NCBI GenBank assembly: GCA_046726415.1
Contig: JBKPAK010000001.1
Location: 1-17,320, forward strand
DNA: 17,320 nucleotides
Source: Candidatus Methylomirabilota bacterium
GTDB lineage: Bacteria; Methylomirabilota; Methylomirabilia; Rokubacteriales; CSP1-6
Reading direction: 5' to 3'
Shown: in pieces, positions 1 to 10,704 of the stretch
How positions within the stretch are numbered: the first letter of the stretch is position 1
Layout: each line of letters starts with the position of its first letter
Translations under genes and position numbers: made by a program
The notes under the pieces: generated by a model
Databases searched by the model: none
What the model saw: the letters and a program-made list of their open reading frames with translations, nothing else
Told to the model about the DNA's origin: nothing

Positions 1-396
1 ACCCAAGCGGGCCCGGAAAACTTCGCGCGGGCCTTCATCCAGGCGCGGCTGCGCGAGCGCGGGCTCGACATCGCGCCTGACCGATCGCAGCTGCGGCTGC
101 AGATCTTCGTGGGCGTGCTCGGGACACACCAGGGTGAGAACCTCGTCGGGATTCCCTCGTTCGCGGTTCCCCTCATCGGTCTGCCCACTCCCGAGATCGC
201 GCTCTTCAAATGGTTGCGGAACCGCGGCATGGTCGAAATCCAGATCTACGCGTTCGACGCCTCGAGCGGGGCCTTCGCCCAGAAGACGCCGCTGAGCATC
301 GGACAATCGAAGCAGGACGACTACACGCTGCTCCTCGTCATCAGCTTTCACGATCAGCGACCTCGAGGAGCGAGAGCCGCCGCCGTCGTGATTTGA
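1..396 (+). CDS. 3' part of a hypothetical protein (possibly DUF6655-like), truncated by the window edge; possible 1-nt insertion near 346-348
   Basis: Frame 1 is open from base 1 (TQAGPENFARAFIQARLRERG...GVLGTHQGENLVGIPSFAVPLIGLPTPEIALFK...YAFD) to TGA at 394-396, with GC3-rich codons. The family guess is from memory of the LGT..E.L.GIP...PEIAL.K pattern. Confidence 0.6.
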   Translation, partial: TQAGPENFARAFIQARLRERGLDIAPDRSQLRLQIFVGVLGTHQGENLVGIPSFAVPLIGLPTPEIALFKWLRNRGMVEIQIYAFDASSGAFAQKTPLSIGQSKQDDYTLLLVISFHDQRPRGARAAAVVI

Positions 397-429
397 CTCT
401 TCACGGCGCCGGCCCCTATGATCCGGCGG

Positions 430-1266
430 ATGACGGCCCTCGAGCTGACTCTCGTCCTCGGCGTCGCCTCAGCGGTCGGAGGGTTTCTCGGGTCGTTGAC
501 CGGACTGGGAGGCGGCGTGGTCATCGTGCCTCTGCTCACCCTCGGGTTCGGCGTCGATCTTCGCTACGCCATCGGCGCATCGCTGGTTTCGGTCATCGCC
601 ACCTCCTCGGCGGCGGGCGCCGCCTACGTCAAAGACGGCTACTCCAACATCCGCGTGGGGATGCTGCTCGAAGTCGGCACGACGGTCGGGGCTCTCTGCG
701 GAGCCTTGCTCGCCACCGTACTTCCCATCTCGATCACCTCGATCGTCTTCGGCGTCGTTCTGCTCGTGTCGGCGTACCTCTCGTTTCGCAAGGGCGGCGG
801 GGCGGAGCCCGAGACCCCGCCGGATGCGCTGGCCACTCGGCTCCGGATGGACTCGAGCTATCCAACGCCGGCAGGGCTTCGGGCCTATCATGTGACGCGC
901 GTGCCCCAGGGATGCGCGATCATGTTCGTGGCGGGATCCGTGTCGGGATTGCTCGGAATCGGCTCCGGTGCCCTCAAGGTCCTGGCCATGGACCAGATCA
1001 TGCGGCTGCCGTTCAAAGTGTCGACGACCACCAGCAATTTCATGATCGGCGTGACCGCGGCGGCCAGCGCCGGATTCTACCTGAGTCGTGGCTATATCGA
1101 TCCCAGCCTCTCCATGCCCGTCATGTTGGGGGTCGTCGTCGGAGCGACGCTCGGGAGCCGCCTCCTCGCCGGAGCGCGGCCGACGGTGCTGAGAACCCTC
1201 TTCGTCATCGTGCTCATTGCCCTCGGGGCACAGATGATCTACCACGGGCTCAGCGGCGCTTTCTGA
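430..1266 (+). CDS. Sulfite exporter TauE/SafE (TSUP) family membrane protein
   Basis: Highly hydrophobic ORF with two repeats of the TSUP motif (GSLTGLGGGVVIVPLL and SGLLGIGSGALKV). ATG 430 is preferred; ATG 418 is an alternative. Confidence 0.9.
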   Translation: MTALELTLVLGVASAVGGFLGSLTGLGGGVVIVPLLTLGFGVDLRYAIGASLVSVIATSSAAGAAYVKDGYSNIRVGMLLEVGTTVGALCGALLATVLPISITSIVFGVVLLVSAYLSFRKGGGAEPETPPDALATRLRMDSSYPTPAGLRAYHVTRVPQGCAIMFVAGSVSGLLGIGSGALKVLAMDQIMRLPFKVSTTTSNFMIGVTAAASAGFYLSRGYIDPSLSMPVMLGVVVGATLGSRLLAGARPTVLRTLFVIVLIALGAQMIYHGLSGAF

Positions 1267-1268
1267 CC

Positions 1269-1658
1269 ATGCCCGCGCCGCGGCGCGATCAGCAGCTCGA
1301 GCAGCTGGTGGGCAAGATTCTCCGCATCGGCGTGGTCATCTCGACCTTGATCACGCTCATGGGCGGCGCGCTCTACCTCGCCGGTCACGGCGGAAGCCGC
1401 GTGGACTATCGCGTCTTCCGCGGCGAGCCGCTCTCCCTGCGCCTCCTGTCGGACATCGCGGTCGACGCCGCGGCCCTGCACCCGCGGGGGATCATGCAGC
1501 TCGGCATCGTGCTCCTGCTCGCCACACCGCTGATGCGCGTATTCCTCTCCGCCTGCTCGTTCGCCTTGCAGAAGGACGTGCTGTACATGGTGGTCACCCT
1601 GATGGTTTTCTCCGTGCTCCTCTTCAGTCTCCTGGGGCCTCACTTGCCCCACCCCTGA
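1269..1658 (+). CDS. DUF1634 family membrane protein
   Basis: ATG 2 nt after the TauE stop. 129 aa with three hydrophobic segments and LRIGV..S and QLGIVLLLATPLMRV motifs. This is the usual partner of this TauE subfamily. Confidence 0.85.
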   Translation: MPAPRRDQQLEQLVGKILRIGVVISTLITLMGGALYLAGHGGSRVDYRVFRGEPLSLRLLSDIAVDAAALHPRGIMQLGIVLLLATPLMRVFLSACSFALQKDVLYMVVTLMVFSVLLFSLLGPHLPHP

Positions 1659-1660
1659 GC

Positions 1661-1695
1661 ATCGCGAAGGCAGGCCGACGCTCAACCTTCGCGAT
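1661..1695. other. Inverted repeat (possible terminator of tauE-DUF1634, or an operator)
   Basis: ATCGCGAAGG (1661-1670) and CCTTCGCGAT (1686-1695) are perfect 10-bp arms with a 15-nt spacer. No U-tract. Confidence 0.4.
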
Positions 1696-1723
1696 AGACG
1701 TTCACCCGGGCGGTGAGTATTCT
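1695..1723 (+). promoter_or_regulatory. Putative sigma70-type promoter of the gnd operon
   Basis: TAGACG (1695-1700), 17-nt spacer, TATTCT (1718-1723). RBS AAGGAG at 1784-1789 precedes gnd. Confidence 0.5.
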
Positions 1724-1795
1724 GGCGTTGTCCCCGTGTCCTCCTGATTGCGCGAGACCGTCGCGGCGCTCGGAAAGCGGAGAAAGGAGCAGAGC

Positions 1796-2826
<1,031 letters not shown>

Positions 2827-2827
<1 letters not shown>

Positions 2828-4215
2828 TGGCCGCGCCGCACGCCGACGCGCTGGTCTTCTTCGGCGCCACCGGCGATCTCGCCTATAAGCAGATCTTCCC
2901 CGCCCTCCAGTCCATGGCCGGGCGCGGCCATCTCACCGTGCCGGTGGTCGGTGTGGCCAAGGCCGGCGAAGCCCTCGATCAGCTCCAGGCTCGCGCCCGT
3001 GACAGCGTCGAGAAGCACGGCGGTCTCGACAAGGCCGCCTTCGCGAAACTGATGAGCCTGCTGCGCTACGTCGACGGCGACTATCGCGACGCGGCCACCT
3101 TTCAGAACCTGCGAAAGATGCTGGGAAGCGCCTCGCGACCTCTGCATTATCTGGCTATCCCGCCGAGCATGTTCGCGGTGGTCGCGGAGGGCCTGGCCAA
3201 GGTGGGCCTGGCCCAGGATGCCCGTGTCGTGGTCGAGAAGCCGTTCGGACACGATCTGGCCTCCGCGCAGGCGCTCAACCGCACGCTGCACCAGGTCTTT
3301 CCGGAAAGCGCGATCTTTCGCATCGATCACTATCTCGGCAAAGCCCCCGTGGAGAACTTGCTATTCTTCCGATTCGCCAATACCTTCCTGGAGCCGCTCT
3401 GGAACCGCGACTTCGTGGAGAGCGTCCGGGTTACCATGGCCGAGAGCTTCGGCGTGGAGGGACGCGGCCACTTCTATGAAGAAGCCGGGGCCATCCGGGA
3501 CGTCGTCCAGAACCACATGCTGCAGGTGGTCGCTCTCTTGGCCATGGAACCGCCCATCAGCAGCGATCCGGAATCGATCCGCGACGGCAAGGTCCGGGTA
3601 TTCAAGGCCATGCGGCCCCTCGATCCGGCCAACATTGTCCGCGGGCAATTCCGCGGTTATCGCCAGGAGCCCGGAGTGGCCCCCGACTCGCAGGTGGAAA
3701 CGTTCGCCACCCTGCGGCTCTTCGTGGACGACTGGCGCTGGGCCGGCGTCCCCTTTCACATCCGAGCGGGCAAGAATCTCCCCGTCACCGCCACCGAGGT
3801 GGTGGTCCAGCTCAAGCGCCCACCCCAGGTCGTCTTCAAGCGCATCGGCCCCGGGCCGCCCAACTATCTGCGATTTCGTCTGAGCCCGGATATCGTGATC
3901 GCGCTCGGCGCGTCTGCGCTGCATGCCACCGAAGAGCTCGACATCCAGGCCGTGGAGCTGGAGCTGACACGCCATCCCACGGCGGACTCCATGGCGCCGT
4001 ACGAACGCCTCCTGGGCTCCGCCGCCAGGGGGGAGGCGATCCTCTTCGCACGCGAGGACGAGGTCGAAGCCGCCTGGAAGGTGATCGATCCGATCCTCGG
4101 GGACGCGACTCCGTGTCATCTCTACGAACCCCACACGTGGGGTCCGGCTGAGGCCAACCAGCTCGCGCCCCCTGGCGGCTGGCATCCGTTGGAGGCGACC
4201 GTCGCCAATGGCTGA
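2827..4215 (+). CDS. zwf: Glucose-6-phosphate 1-dehydrogenase
   Basis: [41 protein letters not shown] overlap with the gnd stop. Confidence 0.96.
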
Positions 4216-4810
4216 GTCACACCATCAGCTCTGGCTGGTCCGGCACGGCGAGACGGAGTGGTCGGCGTCCGGCCAGCATACGGGCCGCACCGACATCCCC
4301 TTGACCCCGACTGGAGAGCGCCAGGCCGCGGCGTTGGGACGCCTCTTGGGCAAGCGCCCGTTCGCGCTCGTCTTGTCCAGTCCACTCGGTCGGGCGCTCC
4401 AGACGTGCCGCCTCGCGGGTTACGGTGACGTCGCGCAGATCACCGACGACCTTCGCGAGTGGGACTACGGCGACTACGAGGGTCGCACGACTGCGGACAT
4501 CCGGAAGGAGGTTCCCGGCTGGACCATCTGGGCCGGTCCCGTCCCCCATGGAGAGACAATCGACCAGGTGGCCGAGCGCACGCGGCGGGTCATCGACCGC
4601 GCCGTGGCCGCGAGCGGGGACGTCGCCCTCTTCGCCCATGGTCACGTGCTGCGGGTGCTCGCGGCCTGCTGGTTGGAGCTTCCGCCCCACGGGGGCCGGC
4701 TCTTCGCGCTGGGCACAGCGTCCCTCAGCGTGCTGGGATATGAGCACGAGGCACGCGTCATCAGCACCTGGAACCAGGACTGGCATCTCGTTCGAGTGGA
4801 GAACCCCTGA
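4208..4810 (+). CDS. Histidine phosphatase family protein (Gpm2/Rv3214- and Shb17-like; candidate sugar-bisphosphatase)
   Basis: [33 protein letters not shown] and FAHGHVLR motifs. Overlaps the end of zwf by 8 nt. Confidence 0.9.
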   Translation: MAESHHQLWLVRHGETEWSASGQHTGRTDIPLTPTGERQAAALGRLLGKRPFALVLSSPLGRALQTCRLAGYGDVAQITDDLREWDYGDYEGRTTADIRKEVPGWTIWAGPVPHGETIDQVAERTRRVIDRAVAASGDVALFAHGHVLRVLAACWLELPPHGGRLFALGTASLSVLGYEHEARVISTWNQDWHLVRVENP

Positions 4811-4821
4811 ATGACCGTGCG

Positions 4822-4867
4822 CGCCGGAGGAGCTGCGGGGCTGGGGCCCCGCCCACCCTCAGCGGCG
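4822..4867. repeat. Intra-operon GC-rich nested hairpin (REP-like)
   Basis: Inner stem GCGGGGC-TGGG-GCCCCGC (4835-4852), enclosed by GAGG/CCTC and CGCCG/CGGCG pairings. Confidence 0.4.
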
Positions 4868-4893
4868 AGTTTATGGAAGTGGAGGGATTGAAC

Positions 4894-5979
4894 ATGAAGG
4901 CGACGCAGCAACTTCGCCAGGCCGGCCAGAGCCTCTGGCTCGACAACATCACGCGTGGCCTCTTGGGCGGCGGCACGCTGAAACGCTACATCGACGAGCT
5001 GTCCATCACGGGGTTGACTTCGAACCCGACGATCTTCGATCACGCCATCACCAAGAGCCACGACTACGACGGGGCGATCCGCGACAAGATGAAGAAGGGT
5101 CGGTCTGGGGAAGAGCTGTTCTTCGAGCTGGCCCTGGAGGATCTCACGCGGGCCTCCGACATCTTCCGGCCGATTCACGACCAGACGGATGGCGTCGACG
5201 GCTGGGTGTCCCTCGAGGTCTCACCGGTGCTGGCCTACGACACGTCCAGCACCCTGGCCCAGGCCAAGCAGCTCCACGCGCGAGCCGGGCGCCCCAATCT
5301 GTTCATCAAGATCCCGGGAACGCGCGAAGGCATCCCCGCCATCGAGGAAGCCATCTTCGCCGGCGTACCCATCAACGTCACCCTCCTCTTCTCCCGTGGC
5401 CACTACCTGGCCGCGGCCGAGGCCTACATGCGGGGGATCGAGCGGCGCATCGCGGCGGGGCTGAATCCCAACGTGCGCTCGGTCGCGTCGGTCTTCATCA
5501 GCCGCTGGGACAAGGCCGTGGTGGACAAAACGCCCGCTGAGCTGCACAACCAGCTCGGCATCGCGGTGGCCAAGCGGACGTACAAGGCCTATCGGGATCT
5601 TCTCGACTCCGACCGGTGGCAGCGCCTGGCCAACGCCGGCGCTCGGCCGCAACGGTTGCTCTGGGCCAGCACCGGCACCAAGGATCCCGAGGCCTCCGAC
5701 GTCCTCTACATCCGAGCGCTCGTGGCACCGAACACCGTCAACACGATGCCCGAAGCCACGTTGCTCGCGTTTGGCAACCACGGTGAGGTGGCGCCGCCGC
5801 TTCCCGCCAACGGCGGCGATGCGGAAGAGGTGCTGGGACGGTTCGGCAAGGCCGGGGTAGACGTGTCGGCGCTCGCGGCAAGTCTCCAGAAGGAGGGCGC
5901 CGCATCGTTCGTCGCGTCGTGGACTGAGCTGCTCGCCGGCATCGCCGCCAAAAGCGACATCCTCAAGAAAGCGAGCTGA
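4894..5979 (+). CDS. tal: Transaldolase (long, ~360-aa type)
   Basis: [32 protein letters not shown] (Schiff-base Lys), [38 protein letters not shown] at 4881-4886 favours ATG 4894 over 4873. Confidence 0.95.
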   Translation: MKATQQLRQAGQSLWLDNITRGLLGGGTLKRYIDELSITGLTSNPTIFDHAITKSHDYDGAIRDKMKKGRSGEELFFELALEDLTRASDIFRPIHDQTDGVDGWVSLEVSPVLAYDTSSTLAQAKQLHARAGRPNLFIKIPGTREGIPAIEEAIFAGVPINVTLLFSRGHYLAAAEAYMRGIERRIAAGLNPNVRSVASVFISRWDKAVVDKTPAELHNQLGIAVAKRTYKAYRDLLDSDRWQRLANAGARPQRLLWASTGTKDPEASDVLYIRALVAPNTVNTMPEATLLAFGNHGEVAPPLPANGGDAEEVLGRFGKAGVDVSALAASLQKEGAASFVASWTELLAGIAAKSDILKKAS

Positions 5980-5983
5980 CCCC

Positions 5984-7624
5984 GTGAGTACCACGAGGCC
6001 GCTCACCCAACGCCCTGAATGGACGGCCCTGCGGGAGCACTTCCAGAAGATCCGCGACGTGCACCTACGCGCGCTCTTCACCGAAGACAGCGCGCGCGGC
6101 GAGCGGCTGGCCGTGGAGGCCGTGGGGCTCTATCTCGACTATTCGAAGCACCGCGTGACCGACGAGACGCTTCGCTTGCTCCTGCGGCTGGCCGAGGCCG
6201 CGGGGCTGCGGGCACGCATCGATGCCATGTTTCGCGGGGAGAAGATCAACGCCACCGAAGGACGGGCGGTGCTGCACGTGGCCCTGCGCGCCCCGCGGGG
6301 CCAGCGCATCCTGGTGGACGGCAAGGACGTGGTGCCCGACGTCCACGCCGTTCTCGACAAGATGGCGGACTTCGCGAACCGGGTGCGCAGCGGGGCCTGG
6401 AAGGGATATACGGGCAAGCGCATCCGCAACGTGATCAACATCGGCATTGGCGGCTCCGACCTCGGGCCGGTCATGGCCTACGAGGCGCTCCGCCACTACA
6501 GCCAGCGCGACATGACGTTCCGCTTCGTCTCCAACGTCGACAGCACGGACTTCGTCGAGGCGACACGCGATCTCGATCCCGCCGAGACGCTCTTCATCGA
6601 CTGCTCCAAGACCTTCACGACCCTGGAGACGATGACCAATGCGCACTCGGCGCGCGCGTGGAGCCTGGCCGCCCTCCGCGATGAGAAGGCCGTGGCCAAG
6701 CACTTCGTGGCCGTGTCCACCAACGCCGCCGAGGTGGCGAAATTCGGCATCGACCCCGACAACATGTTCGGCTTCTGGGACTGGGTGGGAGGGCGCTACT
6801 CGATGGACTCGGCCGTCGGCCTCTCCACCATGATCGCCGTTGGCCCCGAGAACTTCCGGGCCATGCTGGCCGGTTTCCACGCGATGGACGAGCACTTCCG
6901 AACGGCGCCCTTTGCCCAGAACCTGCCCGTGGTCATGGGCCTGTTGAACGTGTGGTACCGCAACTTCTTCGGCACGCAGACGGTGGCCGTGCTGCCGTAC
7001 GAGCAATATCTCAAGCGCTTCCCCGCCTACCTGCAGCAATTGACCATGGAGAGCAACGGCAAGCACGTGACCTTGGACGGCGCCCGGGTCGATTACGACA
7101 CCGGACCGGTCTTCTGGGGCGAGCCCGGTACGAATGGTCAGCACTCCTTCTACCAGCTCATCCACCAGGGCACCACGCTCATTCCCTGCGACTTCATCGG
7201 CTTCGGCCAGACGCTCAACCCTTTGGGCGAGCACCACGATGTGTTGATGGCCAACGTCTTCGCCCAGACGGAGGCCCTGGCCTTCGGCAAGACGGCCGAG
7301 GAAGTCAAGGCGGACGGCGTGCCCGACTTCCAGATCCCGCACCGCACGTTTGAGGGCAATCGGCCCAGCACGACGATCCTCGCCGAGCGCCTGACCCCGG
7401 AGGCGCTCGGCAAGCTGGTGGCGCTCTACGAGCACAGCGTCTTCACCCAGGGCACGATCTGGAACATCAACTCGTTCGATCAGTGGGGCGTCGAGCTTGG
7501 AAAGGTCCTGGCCAATCGCATTGCGCCGGAGCTGCGCGCGGCCCAGGAACCTTCGCTCACGCACGACAGCTCCACCAACACCCTCATCCGACGCTATCGC
7601 CGTCTCAGGGAGGTACGCTCATGA
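5984..7624 (+). CDS. pgi: Glucose-6-phosphate isomerase
   Basis: [59 protein letters not shown] start. Confidence 0.97.
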   Translation: MSTTRPLTQRPEWTALREHFQKIRDVHLRALFTEDSARGERLAVEAVGLYLDYSKHRVTDETLRLLLRLAEAAGLRARIDAMFRGEKINATEGRAVLHVALRAPRGQRILVDGKDVVPDVHAVLDKMADFANRVRSGAWKGYTGKRIRNVINIGIGGSDLGPVMAYEALRHYSQRDMTFRFVSNVDSTDFVEATRDLDPAETLFIDCSKTFTTLETMTNAHSARAWSLAALRDEKAVAKHFVAVSTNAAEVAKFGIDPDNMFGFWDWVGGRYSMDSAVGLSTMIAVGPENFRAMLAGFHAMDEHFRTAPFAQNLPVVMGLLNVWYRNFFGTQTVAVLPYEQYLKRFPAYLQQLTMESNGKHVTLDGARVDYDTGPVFWGEPGTNGQHSFYQLIHQGTTLIPCDFIGFGQTLNPLGEHHDVLMANVFAQTEALAFGKTAEEVKADGVPDFQIPHRTFEGNRPSTTILAERLTPEALGKLVALYEHSVFTQGTIWNINSFDQWGVELGKVLANRIAPELRAAQEPSLTHDSSTNTLIRRYRRLREVRS

Positions 7625-8527
7625 GCCTGGGCTACGCCAAACCCCTCTACATCTTGCCCTTCGATCACCGCGGGTCGTTCCAGAAGGGCATGTTCGGCTG
7701 GTCGGGAGCGATCAGCGCCGAACAAACGGCGGAGATCGCCAAGACCAAGCAGGTGATCTACGACGGCTTCAAGGCGGCGGTGGCCGGTGGCATACCCAAG
7801 GACCGCGCCGGGATCCTCGTCGACGAGCAGTTCGGCGCCGCAATTCTCGAGGATGCGGGCAAGAGCGGTTTCATCACCGCGGCCTGCGCGGAGAAGAGCG
7901 GCCAGGACGAGTTCGACTTCGAGTAGGCGAGGACTTCTGGCGCCACATCGAGCGCTTCAATCCCACGTTCTGCAAGGTGCTGGTGCGTTACAACCCGAGG
8001 GCGAGCGCGCCCTTAATCAGCGCCAAGCCGGACGCCTCAAACGCCTCTCGGACTTCCTGCACGGCAGCAGCCGCAAGTTCATGTTCGAGCTCCTGGTGCC
8101 AGCGGAACCCGCCAAGCTCGCCCGGGTTGGCGGAGACAAGAAGGCCTACGACCGCGAGTTGCGCCCCGGTCTCATGGCCCGCGCCATCCGCGAGCTTGAA
8201 GACAGCGGCGTCGAGCCGGATCTCTGGAAGATCGAGGGGCTCGAGCGGACACAGGACTGCGCCGACGTGGTGGCCGCCGCCCGGCGGAACGGGCGCCACG
8301 AAGTCGGCTGCATCATCCTGGGTCGCGGCGAGGACGAGAAGAAAGTCGATGACTGGCTGCGCACCGCGGCGGAGGTTCCCGGCTTCATCGGCTTCGCGGT
8401 GGGCCGGACGACCTTCTGGGATCCACTGGTCGCTTGGCGGGCCAATCGCATGTCCCGCGAGGCGGCGGTGGCGGAGATCGCGCGCCGGTACCGGCGCTGG
8501 GCTGACATCTTCCAGGGCGCGGCGTGA
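7621..8527 (+). pseudogene. DUF2090 / IolC C-terminal-like class I aldolase-fold protein, interrupted by two 1-nt deletions (pseudogene or sequencing error)
   Basis: ATGA overlap with the pgi stop. The protein is spread over three frames: [20 protein letters not shown]...EFDFE, then GEDFWRHIERFNPTFCKVLVRYNP, then EGERALN...DLWKIEG...GFAVGRTTFWD. Adding 1 nt at about 7925 and 1 nt at about 7995 restores a 302-aa ORF. Confidence 0.85.
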
Positions 8528-8822
8528 CCTCGGCCCGTCAGTAGTGGTCCCGAAGGCGAGACACCAGGAAAACTGCCCGCCGGACCGTGTTCCTGGCCTT
8601 GCATTTTCTACTTTCAGCCCACGGTCGGAAGCGGTTCCCCGCGGTATTCTTCATCGGCAGTGATGGGGAACATTCTGCCGGGCCCATCCGTTCGCCAGCG
8701 ACGACCGGGACGTTGACCTTTGCACGGGCAAGGAGGTGAGGCGCACTCGAATCCGCGGCGACCACTGCGCAGCTTGTTCAATACCCGTTGCACAATGACG
8801 CATGCTCGAGACGAGGGGGAGA

Positions 8823-9392
8823 ATGATGAAGCCACGTGCAGCCCTTGCGCTGATTTCCGCCATGGTCGTGTCGATTCTGGGAACGCCGGGCATTGGTGAA
8901 ACACAGGGACCGCTGCTGTCGCTTCTGTTTGGCAATGTGATCTTCGTTCGCCTCGACGGCTACGAGGAGGTCCCGGCTGTCTCGACGACCGGCAACGGAA
9001 CGTTCAGGGCCACGATCAATCCCGATCAAACCATCACCTACTCGCTGAGCTACGCCGATCTCCAAGGCACCGTCCAGCAGGCTCATATCCACTTCGGTCA
9101 GTTGAGCGTCAACGGCGGGATCGTCGCGTTCCTGTGCACGAACCTTGGCAACGGTCCCGCGGGCACACAGCTGTGCCCGCCCCCACCGGCGACCATCACC
9201 GGGACAATCCGTCCCGGCGACATTGTCGGCGGGGCAGCTGCTCAAGGCATTGCGGCAGGTGAGTTCGACGAAGTCGTTGCCGCGATCCGCAACGGGATCG
9301 CCTACGCCAACGTTCACTCGTCGATCTGGCCAGGCGGCGAGATCAGGGCGCAACTACCCGGATCGCCGCACGATTTCTTCAAGCACGACTAG
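8823..9392 (+). CDS. Secreted CHRD-domain protein
   Basis: N-terminal K/R plus hydrophobic signal-like segment. CHRD-type motifs L.G.EEVP, AHIHFG, YANVHS...PGGEIRAQL. Purine-rich RBS GAGGGGGA at 8813-8820. ATG 8826 is an alternative start. Confidence 0.88.
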   Translation: MMKPRAALALISAMVVSILGTPGIGETQGPLLSLLFGNVIFVRLDGYEEVPAVSTTGNGTFRATINPDQTITYSLSYADLQGTVQQAHIHFGQLSVNGGIVAFLCTNLGNGPAGTQLCPPPPATITGTIRPGDIVGGAAAQGIAAGEFDEVVAAIRNGIAYANVHSSIWPGGEIRAQLPGSPHDFFKHD

Positions 9393-9416
9393 CTCGGGGT
9401 TGCAGGAGCGTTAGGT

Positions 9417-9447
9417 GTCGGAGAGGGGGCCGGGCTCCCTCTCCGAC
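9417..9447. terminator. GC hairpin between convergent genes (bidirectional terminator or REP-like)
   Basis: GTCGGAGAGGG (9417-9427) and CCCTCTCCGAC (9437-9447) form a perfect 11-bp stem, extendable inward with one G-U pair. Confidence 0.6.
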
Positions 9448-9462
9448 GCATCGAATCTAGTC

Positions 9463-10650
9463 CTAGTTGCAGGCCTCGAAGAGGCCGGCCATGCCTTGGC
9501 CGCCGCCGATGCACATCGTCACCACGCCGTAGCGCGCCTTGCGCCGCAGCATCTCGCTGGCGATAGTGCCGACCAGCCGGGAGCCCGTCATGCCGAATGG
9601 GTGGCCGATGGAGATCGACCCACCGTTGACGTTGAGCTTGTCGGGGTCGAGTCCCAGCCGGTCGCGGCAGTAGACGACCTGCGACGCGAAGGCCTCGTTC
9701 AATTCCCACAGATCGATGTCCTCGACGCGGAGACCATGGCGCTTCAGGAGCTTGGGCACGGCAAAGATCGGACCGATGCCCATTTCGTCCGGCTCGCAGC
9801 CAGCCACCGCATAGCCGCGGAAGACCAGCTTGGGCTTCACGCCGAGCGCCTTGGCGCGATCCATGGACATCAGGAGCGTAGCGGAGGCGCCGTCCGAGAG
9901 CTGCGATGAGTTGCCGGCCGTCACCGACCCCTGCCCACTGTCCTTGTCGAAGTGCGGGGGCAGCTTGAGGAGGCCTTCCAGCGTAGTGTCAGCGCGGTTG
10001 CACTCGTCGCGGTCGACGTAGAAGTCCTCCTTGCCGGCGATCTCGCCCGTCTTCTTATCGAGGACGCCGCGCACCACCTGCAGGGGGGCCAGCTCCTCCT
10101 TGAAGAAGCCCTCCTGCTGGGCCCGCGCCGTGCGCTGCTGGCTTAACAGCGCGTACTGATCCTGCGTCTCGCGGCTGATCTTGTAGCGCTTGGCGACGAC
10201 TTCCGCGGTGTCGCCCATGACCATGTAGACTCCCGGGTAATGCTCCTTCACCCAGGGGTTGGGGCTACTGTCCCGCTGCATCATGGTGATGCTCTCCACG
10301 CCGCCCCCGATGGCCACCTCTACGCCCTCGTTCATGATGTGATGGGCGGCCATGGCGATGGCCTGCAGCCCCGACGAGCAGAATCGATTCACGGTCGTCC
10401 CGGCCACCGTCACCGGCAGGCCGGCCCGGATCGCGGCGACCCGCGCGATATTGTGTCCCTGCGACCCGTGGGGCTGGCCGCAGCCGAGGATGACGTCTTC
10501 CACTTCCTTCGAGTCGACCTGCGGAGCCTTACCCAAGGCATCCCGGATGCAGTGGGCGGCTAGGTCGTCGGGCCGCGTGAGGTTAAACGAGCCCCGATGC
10601 GACTTGGCCAGGGGGGTGCGCGAGCTGGCGACGACGACAGCTTCTCTCAT
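9463..10650 (-). CDS. Acetyl-CoA C-acyltransferase (thiolase)
   Basis: TVNRFCSSG (nucleophile Cys), [30 protein letters not shown] upstream. Confidence 0.95.
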   Translation of the reverse strand: MREAVVVASSRTPLAKSHRGSFNLTRPDDLAAHCIRDALGKAPQVDSKEVEDVILGCGQPHGSQGHNIARVAAIRAGLPVTVAGTTVNRFCSSGLQAIAMAAHHIMNEGVEVAIGGGVESITMMQRDSSPNPWVKEHYPGVYMVMGDTAEVVAKRYKISRETQDQYALLSQQRTARAQQEGFFKEELAPLQVVRGVLDKKTGEIAGKEDFYVDRDECNRADTTLEGLLKLPPHFDKDSGQGSVTAGNSSQLSDGASATLLMSMDRAKALGVKPKLVFRGYAVAGCEPDEMGIGPIFAVPKLLKRHGLRVEDIDLWELNEAFASQVVYCRDRLGLDPDKLNVNGGSISIGHPFGMTGSRLVGTIASEMLRRKARYGVVTMCIGGGQGMAGLFEACN

Positions 10651-10704
10651 GGTCGTTCCTCTCTGTGGGGAGTCTGGGGAGAGTGTACCGCAAGCCCGCG
10701 GCGC

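Noticed and set aside
210-1268. 482-aa ORF 210..1658 and the other long overlapping or antisense ORFs (e.g. 6065-7564, 13145-15079, 13249-14709)
   Set aside because: Shadow ORFs typical of high-GC DNA: Arg/Gly/Pro-rich or antisense to well-supported genes. Only 1269-1658 of the 482-aa ORF is a real gene.
1657-1670. GAGCATCGCGAA shared with the reverse complement of about 16191-16202
   Set aside because: A single 12-nt match 14.5 kb apart in GC-rich DNA. There is no integrase or transposase and no target duplication, so it is probably chance.
4894-7624. Frameshifted Tal-Pgi fusion
   Set aside because: Both proteins appear complete, with a normal stop (5977-5979) and GTG start (5984). Pgi is the full-length canonical type, so there is no evidence of a broken fusion.
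8594-8609. Sigma54 promoter (TGGCCTTGCATTTTC)
   Set aside because: The -12 element reads TTTC, not the required TTGC.
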